Origin: a virus
IMG/VR virus record: IMGVR_UViG_3300037511_000274
Reading direction: 5' to 3' (one strand)
Length of the DNA stretch: 60,591 nucleotides
The position numbers and the translations under genes were made by a program. The notes under the pieces were generated by a model that had not been told where the DNA came from, searched no databases, and worked only from the letters and a program-made list of their open reading frames with translations. This document shows positions 32,912-41,318 of the stretch, one piece after another; within the stretch, counting starts at the first letter, position 1, and each line of letters opens with the position of its first letter.

Positions 32912-33663
32912 GCACGTTCCCCTACCTTCCCGGTCCGGCGGCCCGTTGACAGTGAGGTTACCTGCCGGTTTGCCGTCGGCCCCGACCTCATCCCCCGCAA
33001 CCTCACGAGGACGGGATCCCGTACGGACGGCCCGCTCCAGTCCAGCTCCAGGGCCGAGCCCACGTGGTGGCGCTCGGCGCGTCGATCCTTGGCGTGGTGC
33101 TTCGTGATTGACGGTACGGCACGGTGATCAACAAGGCAGGGCCAGGTGTACCAGACATCGGTCCTGGTTTTCTCGGCCCAGCCCGCCACCCGCATATCGT
33201 CCGTGATGCCGGTGAGCCGGTCGGCCAGCGCGATCATTTCGGAGATGCGCGCCACGGGGAGGACGATCCCGACCCCCCACATGAGTTTCGAGCTGACCAC
33301 CCACGAGGCGCCGAGCCGGTCCGCGTCGGCCGCCATCCGGCGCCAGCGATGCGGCGTGGCGCCACCCTTGCCGAGGTAGGGCGAGACCACCGCGTCCGGC
33401 GGGACGTGCTCCAGGGCGCGCTCCAGCCCGGCCAGCAGGTCGGCCGAGACCAGGGCATCGTCCTGGAGCAACAGGTGGAAGTCCGCGTCCGGGTCGTGCA
33501 TCACCCAGCCGCCGCGCGCCGTGCGCCAGCCCCGGTCCGCGTTGCCCGAGGGCGGCCCCTCGGTGTCGTAGTGCACCCGGACCGGCCGGTCCAGCGAGGC
33601 CAGCAGCTCGGCCACGTACGGCGCGCGGTCCGGGTGCGCCATGATGCTGGCGGAGAGCTTCAC
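32908..33663 (-). CDS. glycosyltransferase-like protein, 251 aa
   Basis: GTGA overlap start at 33663. LLLQDDALV (DxD-like) motif. Located in the glycosyltransferase cluster. Confidence 0.7.
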   Translation of the reverse strand: MKLSASIMAHPDRAPYVAELLASLDRPVRVHYDTEGPPSGNADRGWRTARGGWVMHDPDADFHLLLQDDALVSADLLAGLERALEHVPPDAVVSPYLGKGGATPHRWRRMAADADRLGASWVVSSKLMWGVGIVLPVARISEMIALADRLTGITDDMRVAGWAEKTRTDVWYTWPCLVDHRAVPSITKHHAKDRRAERHHVGSALELDWSGPSVRDPVLVRLRGMRSGPTANRQVTSLSTGRRTGKVGERA

Positions 33664-35540
33664 GCCCCGTCCCGGAGCGCCTGGAGCATGGCGTCCCGCT
33701 TGTCCTTGCGCACGCCCAGCCGGATCCCCCGGGCCTTGGCGAGGACGCGTAGCTGGCCGGTGTTCAGCTCCTCGATCGAGGTACCGGCGGCCACGCCACC
33801 CACCTCCCCCTCGGCCACGACCTCGCGCGCCTTCAGCTCCTCGGCGGACTTCTCCAGGGCGGCCACGCCATCGGGGTCCACCCGGCGCCACTCGTCCTCC
33901 AGAGAGTTGATTGACACTCCAGTGTCACCTCCCAGGTCCGGCCGGTCGGCGCGCTCCTCCACGATCTTCACCGGACCAATTCCCGGGATGTCCGCTTCCC
34001 TCGTCACCGGCGCCGGGTCCACGCCCTCGCCAGTGATCGCCCGAACCGGCATGTCCGAGGCGAGCCCCCGCTGGCTGTGCGTCAGCTCCCCGATCGGCTC
34101 GGCCGCGTGGCCGGTGGTCGCCCACTCCTGGCGATCGGTCAGCTTGGTCACGGCCAGCCGCTCGTGATAGATCGTCACCGGCGCCAGGACGCCCTCGGCC
34201 ACCAGCTCGTCCACGGCCTCGGCCACGCCCGGCCAGTCCGGGTGGTGGTAGTCGTCCACCGCGATGATGGCCCCAGGGGCAAGGTGCGGCGCCCACGTCT
34301 CGATGTCTAGGCGCGCCCCGTCGCGGGTGTGGTCCCCGTCCACGAACAGCAGGCCCACGGGCTTGCCGGACCAGTCCGAGCCCACCTCGAACGAGAACGC
34401 CTGGACCAGCTCGATCCGCTCGGCGTAGCCCAGCTCCCGGACCCGGTACTCCGCCCACCGCTTGGAGTCGATCTCGGTAAAGGGCGGGTCGTAGACGTTG
34501 CCCTCCAGGTCCCACGGGTCGATGGCGGTCACGTGCGCGCCGTTACCCTGCTTGGCGCCCCAGGCCATGATCAGCGCGGTCCGGGCCTGGAACACGCCCA
34601 GCTCCACGATCTCGTGGTCCGCCGGGACGCCAGCGGCGAAGTCCGCCAGCACCATGCCGATCTCGTCCGGCGTCGCTCCCCGGACCTCCTTCAGCTCCCG
34701 GGTGAACGGGTATCGGTTCATGTCGATCCTCTCCCTGGTCGGCCCGGACCTCAGCCGGGGGTCTCGCGTGGTGCGCACCACCGGCCGGACGGACGGCCGC
34801 ACAGGCCCCACCTTGAACTCCGGCGCCCCCGGCCGCAACGCGCGCACGGTGCGGATGTCCTGGAGCAGGCCCTGGCGCCTCCAGCGCTCGTAATCGCGCC
34901 GGTCGTTGCGGTACTGCTCGCGCGAGTTCACCCGCTTGTACTGGTCGTCCATCGGGGCCTTGCCGCCCGCGTACGGGTTGAAGTGCTCCACGCGCACCTC
35001 GGGGAGGTGACGCATCGCCCCGGCCCCGTTGAACAGGTCCATCATCGAATTGTCGGAGTACATGTGCTCCACCGGCGCCGGGACCATCCGGCCGAGCGCG
35101 GCCACCGCGTCGGCGGTCACGGCCCACTCGGTGGAGAGCTTGGCGCCCTGGTACCCGTCGTCCCCGTAGACCATGCCGGTGCCCATCTCGTGGAGCACGG
35201 TCAGATAGCGCTCGGCCCAGTTCATCGTCTGGGGGAGGTGATCGTCACCGGCGAACCCCAGGGCGAAGTACCGGCCCTCGGCCGCCAGCGCCGTGGCCAC
35301 CTCGTTCAGCTTGTGGACCATCGGCCGCCACTCGGGCACCTCCACGAGCCGGACCGGGAGCGCGTCCATCTGCGCGATGTCCCGGTACCCGCCGATCTCG
35401 GGGTCGTCCGCGTCGGCCACCAGCACGAGGTCCGCCACGTCCCACGCGTTGGTGAAGTCCCAGGCGCCGATCACCTTCAGGATGTTGCCGGGTCGGCCCC
35501 GGGTCGGGACGATCACGGCCAGCTCAGTCCGCTTAGGCAT
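33660..35540 (-). CDS. fusion protein: glycosyltransferase, class I SAM methyltransferase, and C-terminal Rho_N/SAP-like motif
   Basis: LAVIVPTRGRP...LVADADDPE (GT2-like). EIVELGVFQARTA...LLFVDGDHT...AVDDY (Methyltransf_24-like). LNTGQLRVLAKARGIRLG at the C-terminus. Confidence 0.8.
   Translation of the reverse strand: MPKRTELAVIVPTRGRPGNILKVIGAWDFTNAWDVADLVLVADADDPEIGGYRDIAQMDALPVRLVEVPEWRPMVHKLNEVATALAAEGRYFALGFAGDDHLPQTMNWAERYLTVLHEMGTGMVYGDDGYQGAKLSTEWAVTADAVAALGRMVPAPVEHMYSDNSMMDLFNGAGAMRHLPEVRVEHFNPYAGGKAPMDDQYKRVNSREQYRNDRRDYERWRRQGLLQDIRTVRALRPGAPEFKVGPVRPSVRPVVRTTRDPRLRSGPTRERIDMNRYPFTRELKEVRGATPDEIGMVLADFAAGVPADHEIVELGVFQARTALIMAWGAKQGNGAHVTAIDPWDLEGNVYDPPFTEIDSKRWAEYRVRELGYAERIELVQAFSFEVGSDWSGKPVGLLFVDGDHTRDGARLDIETWAPHLAPGAIIAVDDYHHPDWPGVAEAVDELVAEGVLAPVTIYHERLAVTKLTDRQEWATTGHAAEPIGELTHSQRGLASDMPVRAITGEGVDPAPVTREADIPGIGPVKIVEERADRPDLGGDTGVSINSLEDEWRRVDPDGVAALEKSAEELKAREVVAEGEVGGVAAGTSIEELNTGQLRVLAKARGIRLGVRKDKRDAMLQALRDGA
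33911..33928. promoter_or_regulatory. orphan dyad TTGACACTCCAGTGTCAC (contains the perfect palindrome TGACAC-TCCA-GTGTCA)
   Basis: Encodes GDTGVSINS with ACT, GGA, TCA and TCT codons. Confidence 0.45.
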
Positions 35541-36207
35541 CGGGGCTCCAGGTGAAATGCGGGTGCTCGATCAGCGAGCGCTCCCCAGGGTGGATCTTCC
35601 GGTCAATCTGCCAGCGCGATCCCTCGCCCGGGGTCCGGCTGGTCGAGTAGAGGTAGTGGTACATGATCCGGGGGATCACCACCTCGGAGCGCAACAGCTT
35701 GGCGCTCCTGAGCTGTTCGGCCCAGGCCCGGTCCTCGGCTGACCCGGCGCCCACGCGATCGAACCTGGCCTTGCGCGCCAGCGCGGTCCGGATGGGGTTG
35801 ATGTGCGAGATGTCCCGCTCGTACCGGCCGGGGTAGTTCTTCCAGCGCCGGTGCACGAGCGAGTGGTGGGCCACCGCCGTGGGCGCCCCGTCCGAGTAGC
35901 ACTGGACCTGAAACCCGACGTAGTCCGGCTGGGTCTCCAGGGCCGCCATCACCTCGGCCACGTAGTACGGGGCCACCAGATCATCGTCATCGACGAACGA
36001 GACGTAGTCGGTGTCCGCGCTCTGGACCATGGTCTGGCGGATCTTGGGGAGGGACGGACTGCCGTTGTTGAACCAGCCGACCACGCGCGCTCTCCCGGCG
36101 TACGGATCGAGCTGAGGCAACAGGCCCGCCATCAGCCTCTCGAACAGCGCGCGCCGCTCGCCCAGGGTGGGCACGAGGATGGTCCACGTTGGCGGCATGG
36201 CTGTCAT
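35533..36207 (-). CDS. family 2 glycosyltransferase
   Basis: ILVPTLGER...YVSFVDDDDLV pattern. 8-nt overlap with the next gene. Confidence 0.85.
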   Translation of the reverse strand: MTAMPPTWTILVPTLGERRALFERLMAGLLPQLDPYAGRARVVGWFNNGSPSLPKIRQTMVQSADTDYVSFVDDDDLVAPYYVAEVMAALETQPDYVGFQVQCYSDGAPTAVAHHSLVHRRWKNYPGRYERDISHINPIRTALARKARFDRVGAGSAEDRAWAEQLRSAKLLRSEVVIPRIMYHYLYSTSRTPGEGSRWQIDRKIHPGERSLIEHPHFTWSPDA

Positions 36208-36256
36208 GTCCTCAATCTAGCAGACCAGGGGGCGCCGGGCACAACCCCCGGCATCG

Positions 36257-36395
36257 CGGGGGACCGGGGAGACCGAGGCTACCCTCACCCCCGGTCCCTC
36301 GCGTGTTACGCGTGTGCACCCGCCCGCCGAACAACAGATCACTTTCAGCAACGTGTATAGGTGGTGAGGGTAGCCTCGGTCTCCCCGGTCCCCCG
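36257..36395. repeat. long inverted-repeat element, copy B
   Basis: Perfect 33-bp arms CGGGGGACCGGGGAGACCGAGGCTACCCTCACC (36257-36289) and its reverse complement (36363-36395) around a 73-nt centre. The right arm ends exactly at the stop codon of 36396-36677. Confidence 0.9.
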
Positions 36396-36677
36396 TCACT
36401 CGGGAGCGGGCTCCGGGTCGGGCTGGGGCACCGGGTTAGTGGGCGTGGCCGGGATCATCTCCACCGAGTAGAACTGGGCGGTCACGTCCCCGTTGGGGTG
36501 CTTGCCCGGCCAGCCCTGGAGCAGGTCCACCAGGCTGGTTACGGCCGCTTTGATGTCGTCCGGCGTGGCGGTCCCGCCATCGCTCTGGATCGACATGCTG
36601 ATGGACAGGCCGTTGTTGGTGGGGACGCTGATCTGGGCGGGGAACATCTGGACGGGTTGCGGGTCTCCGAACGGCAT
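36396..36677 (-). CDS. hypothetical virion-associated protein, 93 aa
   Basis: RBS GGAGGAAGA. Last gene of the tail block. Confidence 0.75.
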   Translation of the reverse strand: MPFGDPQPVQMFPAQISVPTNNGLSISMSIQSDGGTATPDDIKAAVTSLVDLLQGWPGKHPNGDVTAQFYSVEMIPATPTNPVPQPDPEPAPE

Positions 36678-36691
36678 GGGTCTTCCTCCCC

Positions 36692-37378
36692 TTACTGCGG
36701 TAGCACGATGGCTTGGCGCCGGTTGTAGCTGACCGTCCCGCCGGACGAGGACCGGTAGGACAACGTGACGTTGTACTGGGTGCCGGGGGTCAGCCCGGTG
36801 ACCACGTCCGAGCTGACGATGGTGGCCTGGAGAGAGGCCGTGCTGGACCGGATGATCCCGGCCGTGTTGTCGTTGGCGTTGCGGATGACCGAACCCAGAT
36901 TGGGCGTGGCTCCGGTCCGGATCTGGAAGTCCATCAGCGCGTAGTCACCGGCCGTGGCGTTGGCCGCCGCCGCCTTGCACGAGACCATCACGGTGCCCGA
37001 GGGCGGCGCGATGAACGCCACGCCCCAGACATTGTTCGTGGCGCCGGTCAGCGAGTTGACATAGGACGTGCTGGTGGTGGTGCCGGTGTCGGTGTTGCCG
37101 CCGGTCGCCACCACCGGCCCCGGCTGGACCGCCTTACCCGAGCCGCCCAGGACCAGCAGCGAGCCCCGGTAGCTCAGCACCTGGACCGACTGGCCGGATA
37201 CGAACCGGGCCGAGCCGAGGACCGGCACGTCCGCCACGGTGGCGCCGTTCAGCAGGATGTCCACCGTGCCGTCCGAGGCGATCGAGGACACCGTGGCCGC
37301 CTGGAGCCGGAGCGGCCCCTGGCCGTCCGGCTCGGGGTTCAGCTTCTTCTTGATCTTGCTGAGGTTGATGCTCGTCAT
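36692..37378 (-). CDS. minor tail protein, 228 aa
   Basis: Ser/Thr/Gly-rich beta-type sequence within the tail block. Confidence 0.7.
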   Translation of the reverse strand: MTSINLSKIKKKLNPEPDGQGPLRLQAATVSSIASDGTVDILLNGATVADVPVLGSARFVSGQSVQVLSYRGSLLVLGGSGKAVQPGPVVATGGNTDTGTTTSTSYVNSLTGATNNVWGVAFIAPPSGTVMVSCKAAAANATAGDYALMDFQIRTGATPNLGSVIRNANDNTAGIIRSSTASLQATIVSSDVVTGLTPGTQYNVTLSYRSSSGGTVSYNRRQAIVLPQ

Positions 37379-38451
37379 GCCAGCTCCCGGACGGTCAGCG
37401 TGGTGTCCCCCACGAGGTCCAGCGCCACCACGTCCACGGCCAGGATCTTGCCGCCGTTCGAGACCACGTCACCGGCCGAGATGGTGGGGTCGTACGGGAC
37501 GGTGAGCTGGTAGCTGGCACCGGCGCCCACGTTCTCCGCCAGGATCGTGGTCGCCGCGCTCTGGGCCTGGGGCACGGTGGTGATGAGCGGGGAGCTGTAG
37601 AACAGCGTCACGCGGCCGTACGGGCTCGTTCCCGGCCCGGTGCCCGCGTAGGTCGGGGAGGAGGGATCGGTGTCCATGGCGACCGCCTGGACCGGCGTGG
37701 TGCCGTCCTGGGGCTCGCCCCGGGCCACCACCACGTTGGGCGGCTTGGTGTCGTAGTCCGCGTCCAGGGTCGCCACCGAGGAGAGCGGGTAGGCCGTGGC
37801 CGGGCTGGCCGTGGCCGCGCCCACCTGGATGTGACCGACCCGGTCATACCAGGCCGTCCGGCTGAACCCGTCCAGCACGTCCAGCACCTCGGACCACGGC
37901 GCCGAGCCGGTGTCCAGGCCGAACACCCGGGGCGCGCCGAGCGAGGCGCCCACCGCGCTGACGTTCGGGTTGACGCCCACCCGGTTGGTGATCACCTGAT
38001 TGATCATGGTGCCCAGGTCGGTGCCGGTCGCCACGGTGAACGGGGTCTCGAACCGGTAGCGCTCCACGGCGCCGGAGATGTCGGCCAGGCCCACGTCCAC
38101 CGTGCGCTCGCCCGCCCGCTTGCCCGCTCGGGCCGAGGCCACCTCGTACGTGCCGTAGGGGACGACTGACACTGAACCGTCAAGAAGCGTCAGGCCCAGC
38201 TTGGCCACCACCCGCGTGCCGAACGGGGTCAGGATGTCGCCCGGCCGGGTCGGCAACAGGTCGTTGCCAGCGAACGTGAGCTGGCCGTCCCACCGGCCGT
38301 TCCGCGTCGCGTCCTGGGTGAGCCGCCCGCTGATCGGCTCCAGGGTGACGGACTCGCCTCCCCGGTAGAACTCAAACACCATGTAGCGGCTGTAGCCCGT
38401 GGGCGTGGCGAGGGCCGCCTGGTGGCGCGCCGAGGTGAAACGCTGGCTCAC
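37375..38451 (-). CDS. minor tail or baseplate protein, 358 aa
   Basis: GTGA overlap start at 38451. Tail-block context. Confidence 0.7.
   Translation of the reverse strand: MSQRFTSARHQAALATPTGYSRYMVFEFYRGGESVTLEPISGRLTQDATRNGRWDGQLTFAGNDLLPTRPGDILTPFGTRVVAKLGLTLLDGSVSVVPYGTYEVASARAGKRAGERTVDVGLADISGAVERYRFETPFTVATGTDLGTMINQVITNRVGVNPNVSAVGASLGAPRVFGLDTGSAPWSEVLDVLDGFSRTAWYDRVGHIQVGAATASPATAYPLSSVATLDADYDTKPPNVVVARGEPQDGTTPVQAVAMDTDPSSPTYAGTGPGTSPYGRVTLFYSSPLITTVPQAQSAATTILAENVGAGASYQLTVPYDPTISAGDVVSNGGKILAVDVVALDLVGDTTLTVRELA
38166..38183. promoter_or_regulatory. orphan dyad CTGACACTGAACCGTCAA in a minor tail gene
   Basis: Encodes LLDGSVS with CTT, CTT, GGT, TCA and TCA codons. Confidence 0.45.
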
Positions 38452-41288
38452 AGGAACTCCCCCGGGTCCGGCGTGGTCGGCCACGCCACGTTCACCATCG
38501 TGATGGACAGCACCTTGACCCCGGGAGTGGCGGGCTGGACGGTCCAGCCTTGCGGAGCGAACCAGCCCGGCGTCCCGCCGAGCGGGGACCAGTAGACCGC
38601 GTCCGAGGCCAGCAGCTCCTCCAGCGTGTCGATGGCGGGCATGCCCTCCACCGCGATCACCAGCGAGAGGTCCCGGCCGCTCGGCGTGGAGCTGACCGTG
38701 TGGAGCCCGCCATCCAGCGGTGTGGAGTCGGCTACCAGCTTGGGGAAAGCGCCGGAGCGCTCGGTGGCCACAGCCAGCTTGGTGGTGTAGTTGGCCAGCC
38801 GGTCGAGCCCGTCCCCGTAGGTGAAGCTCGGCACGGTGGCGCTGGCGAACTCCGTCACCTTCAGCTCGGGCACCGCCAGCGGGCCGCCGGAGATCGTGCC
38901 GTCCAGCCGGACGAAATGCACCTCCTTGTACGGGGGGAGGTGGCTGGAGCTGGAGGTGTTGCCGCTCCCCTTGCTGGTGACGCCTGGCGAGCCCGAGCCG
39001 GTGGACCCGCTGGAGTGGTCGTGGCTGGTGGTGGGCGAGGAGCCCAGGTCACCGAACGAGGGCGCCTCGAACGAGCCGGTGGTGGAGGTCAGGACGTTGG
39101 TCCCGTGGGTGTGGCCCGCGATGTCGTGGGCGTGGCTCGGCGTGGTGTGCGAGTGCGACGAGGAGCCGCCGGTGGAGTTGACCGAGTCCGAGCCCGCGTC
39201 CCGGCAGAACCACGTCCGCATGTCCGGCGTGCCGTTGCCACCATTGCACAGGGTCAGCAGCGGATCGAGGCTAGCCACGTCGCCCACGTACAGGCCGATG
39301 ATCCGGGTCTGGATCCCGCCGCCGGTGTTCTGGAGCACCTTCAGCCGCTTGTTGGGCGGCTCGTGGTTGACCGCGTTGGTGTCGCCCGCATCGGTGCCGC
39401 CGCCGTAGCTCGTGGTGTTGCCGGTGCTGGCCGAGCTGACATCCATCGGATGGGTGTGCCGGGGGAGCCACCGGGGGGAGCTGGAGCCGTAGCCCGCCTC
39501 GGTCGAGCTGGCCGGGTTGCTGAGCGAGGTCGAGCCGATCGAGTGGTCGTGGCTCAGCCCGGTGTGCGTGTGGCCGCCGATGGGGTGGGTGTGCGTCGCG
39601 CTCCCCGTGGTGCCGCCGCCGTTCCCGGCCGCCGCCGCGCCCCGGAGGTAGCGCCCGCTGGCCGCCGCGTAGCTGCTCCAGCCGGACACGCTCTCGGTGG
39701 CCCAGCCGACCACGCCGGACGGGTAGGCCGCCTGGGCGCCGTTGGAGGCGATCCAGATCACGTCCAGCACCGGGGGCACGTTGCTGACCGCGCTCACGCT
39801 GGGGGTCGCGCTCCCCGAGGTGCCGCCACCATGCGTGCCGGTCGAGCTGGGCCGGGTGTGCGAGTGCGGCTGGTCGGCCTGAGGCTGGCTGGCGCCGTTG
39901 AACCGGGCCGAGGTGGTGGAGGAGTTGCTGGTCCCGGTCGAGCCGCCCACCGAGTGGTTGTGGGAGCCGATCGAGTGGTTGTGGCTCGGGAGCGTGTGGC
40001 CGTGGGTCGAGCCGCCGCCGGTCACGCCGGTGGGCACGCCGGTCCCGTTCGATCCCCTCGGGAGCCAGCCGTCCAGTGCCGTGACCCGGCTCCAGCCGGA
40101 CGGGATGCTGGCGGCCGTGCCCGGCCAGCCCAGGATCAGATCGTCCGGCAGAGTGCTGGGCAGATCCACGCTGGTCGAGACGTAGCCCTGGTAGCGCACC
40201 CGGTACGTGATGTCACAGGGCGAACTTGACACTTCACAGTCAGGACCGGGCACCGGCTGGGGGTCGAGCTGCGGAATGGCCAGGTCCAGGTACGAACCGT
40301 TGAGGCCGTCCGCCACCACCGCGATGCGGTAGGACCCGGTGCAATCGTCGCGCCAGACCTCGGCCACCACGTAATCGTCATCCCACTGCTGGCCGCCGGG
40401 GTTGGCCCAGTTCACCCGGTAGCCGCCGTTCTCCGGCACCACGCTGACCAGGGGAGGCGAGGGCGGGGGGACCGTGTTCTGGACGGTGAACTGGTAGGTG
40501 ATGGCGTTCTGGTACTGGTCGGCTCCCCGAATGGTGGAGCGCACGCCGAACACGGCCCAGTAGGTGCCGTCCGGCAGACCCGGCGCCACGTCCACGCTGA
40601 CCGGGGGCTGGCCCGCGTCGCCCACGTCGAACACGTTGGGGCCGTTGGCCGAGCCGGTCCGCACGTTGGCGAACCAGTTCAGCGCCGGGAGCCCGTCATA
40701 GTCCACCGCGCCGAAGTACATGGTGGGCGCGTTGGTGTCGGTGACGGTGCCACCGTTCTGGTTCGTCCCAGCCGCGTCGCGCAGCTCGGGCGAGAACTGC
40801 GGCGCCAGCCGACAGTCCACCTCGATATACATCTCGGCCGTGCGCGTCTCGCTCGCGCCCCCGGCCACGTTGTCCATCCAGCCGCCGCCGATGTTGAGAT
40901 CGGACAGCGCGCCCGCCGTGTCCAGGCCATAGCTGGTCTGCTGGAACCAAGCGCTGTACTGGTCGATGAACCCTGTGGCGTCAACGGCAACCGTCGAGTA
41001 GCCGATCCAGTCGGAGGTCCCCCGGCCAACGTCGATGTCCTCGGTGCACGTACCGGTGTCGCACCGCACCCGGATGTGGCCCCGGATCCGGTGGCGCTGG
41101 TAGCCCGCCCCTGGGGTGTGGCTCTCCACCCTCAGGTTGTAGTTGTTGCCCGAGCTGGCGAGCGGGACCTGGACATACGTGCTGTCCGAGTTGTCCGAGG
41201 TGACCCCGGCCAGGGTGCCCGAGGGGACCGCCGTGCCGCCGCCCGTCTTGCGGACGGAGAGCGGCCGGAGAACGTCCGTCACTGCCAT
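38448..41288 (-). CDS. giant tail fibre or receptor-binding protein with repeated collar-like modules and HxH motifs, 946 aa
   Basis: IPSGWSRVTALDG...THGHTLPSHNHSIGSHNHS, ATHTHPIGGHTHTGLSHDHS, SHSHTTPSHAHDIAGHTHG and TTSHDHSSGS. Confidence 0.8.
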   Translation of the reverse strand: MAVTDVLRPLSVRKTGGGTAVPSGTLAGVTSDNSDSTYVQVPLASSGNNYNLRVESHTPGAGYQRHRIRGHIRVRCDTGTCTEDIDVGRGTSDWIGYSTVAVDATGFIDQYSAWFQQTSYGLDTAGALSDLNIGGGWMDNVAGGASETRTAEMYIEVDCRLAPQFSPELRDAAGTNQNGGTVTDTNAPTMYFGAVDYDGLPALNWFANVRTGSANGPNVFDVGDAGQPPVSVDVAPGLPDGTYWAVFGVRSTIRGADQYQNAITYQFTVQNTVPPPSPPLVSVVPENGGYRVNWANPGGQQWDDDYVVAEVWRDDCTGSYRIAVVADGLNGSYLDLAIPQLDPQPVPGPDCEVSSSPCDITYRVRYQGYVSTSVDLPSTLPDDLILGWPGTAASIPSGWSRVTALDGWLPRGSNGTGVPTGVTGGGSTHGHTLPSHNHSIGSHNHSVGGSTGTSNSSTTSARFNGASQPQADQPHSHTRPSSTGTHGGGTSGSATPSVSAVSNVPPVLDVIWIASNGAQAAYPSGVVGWATESVSGWSSYAAASGRYLRGAAAAGNGGGTTGSATHTHPIGGHTHTGLSHDHSIGSTSLSNPASSTEAGYGSSSPRWLPRHTHPMDVSSASTGNTTSYGGGTDAGDTNAVNHEPPNKRLKVLQNTGGGIQTRIIGLYVGDVASLDPLLTLCNGGNGTPDMRTWFCRDAGSDSVNSTGGSSSHSHTTPSHAHDIAGHTHGTNVLTSTTGSFEAPSFGDLGSSPTTSHDHSSGSTGSGSPGVTSKGSGNTSSSSHLPPYKEVHFVRLDGTISGGPLAVPELKVTEFASATVPSFTYGDGLDRLANYTTKLAVATERSGAFPKLVADSTPLDGGLHTVSSTPSGRDLSLVIAVEGMPAIDTLEELLASDAVYWSPLGGTPGWFAPQGWTVQPATPGVKVLSITMVNVAWPTTPDPGEFL
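40227..40244 (+). promoter_or_regulatory. full promoter-core copy TTGACACTTCACAGTCAG antisense inside the fibre gene
   Basis: 17 of 18 identity to the promoter core with no -10 element. Encodes PDCEVSS with CCT, TGT, GAA, TCA and AGT codons. Confidence 0.5.
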
Positions 41289-41318
41289 GATGTCACCCTA
41301 TCCCGGATCACCGTGGCA

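Noticed and set aside
32652-32915. Alternative frame for the gene between 32648 and 32908.
   Set aside because: GC3 is similar, but frame 32645-32911 has GTGA coupling at both ends and a plausible transmembrane segment. Confidence in either frame is low.
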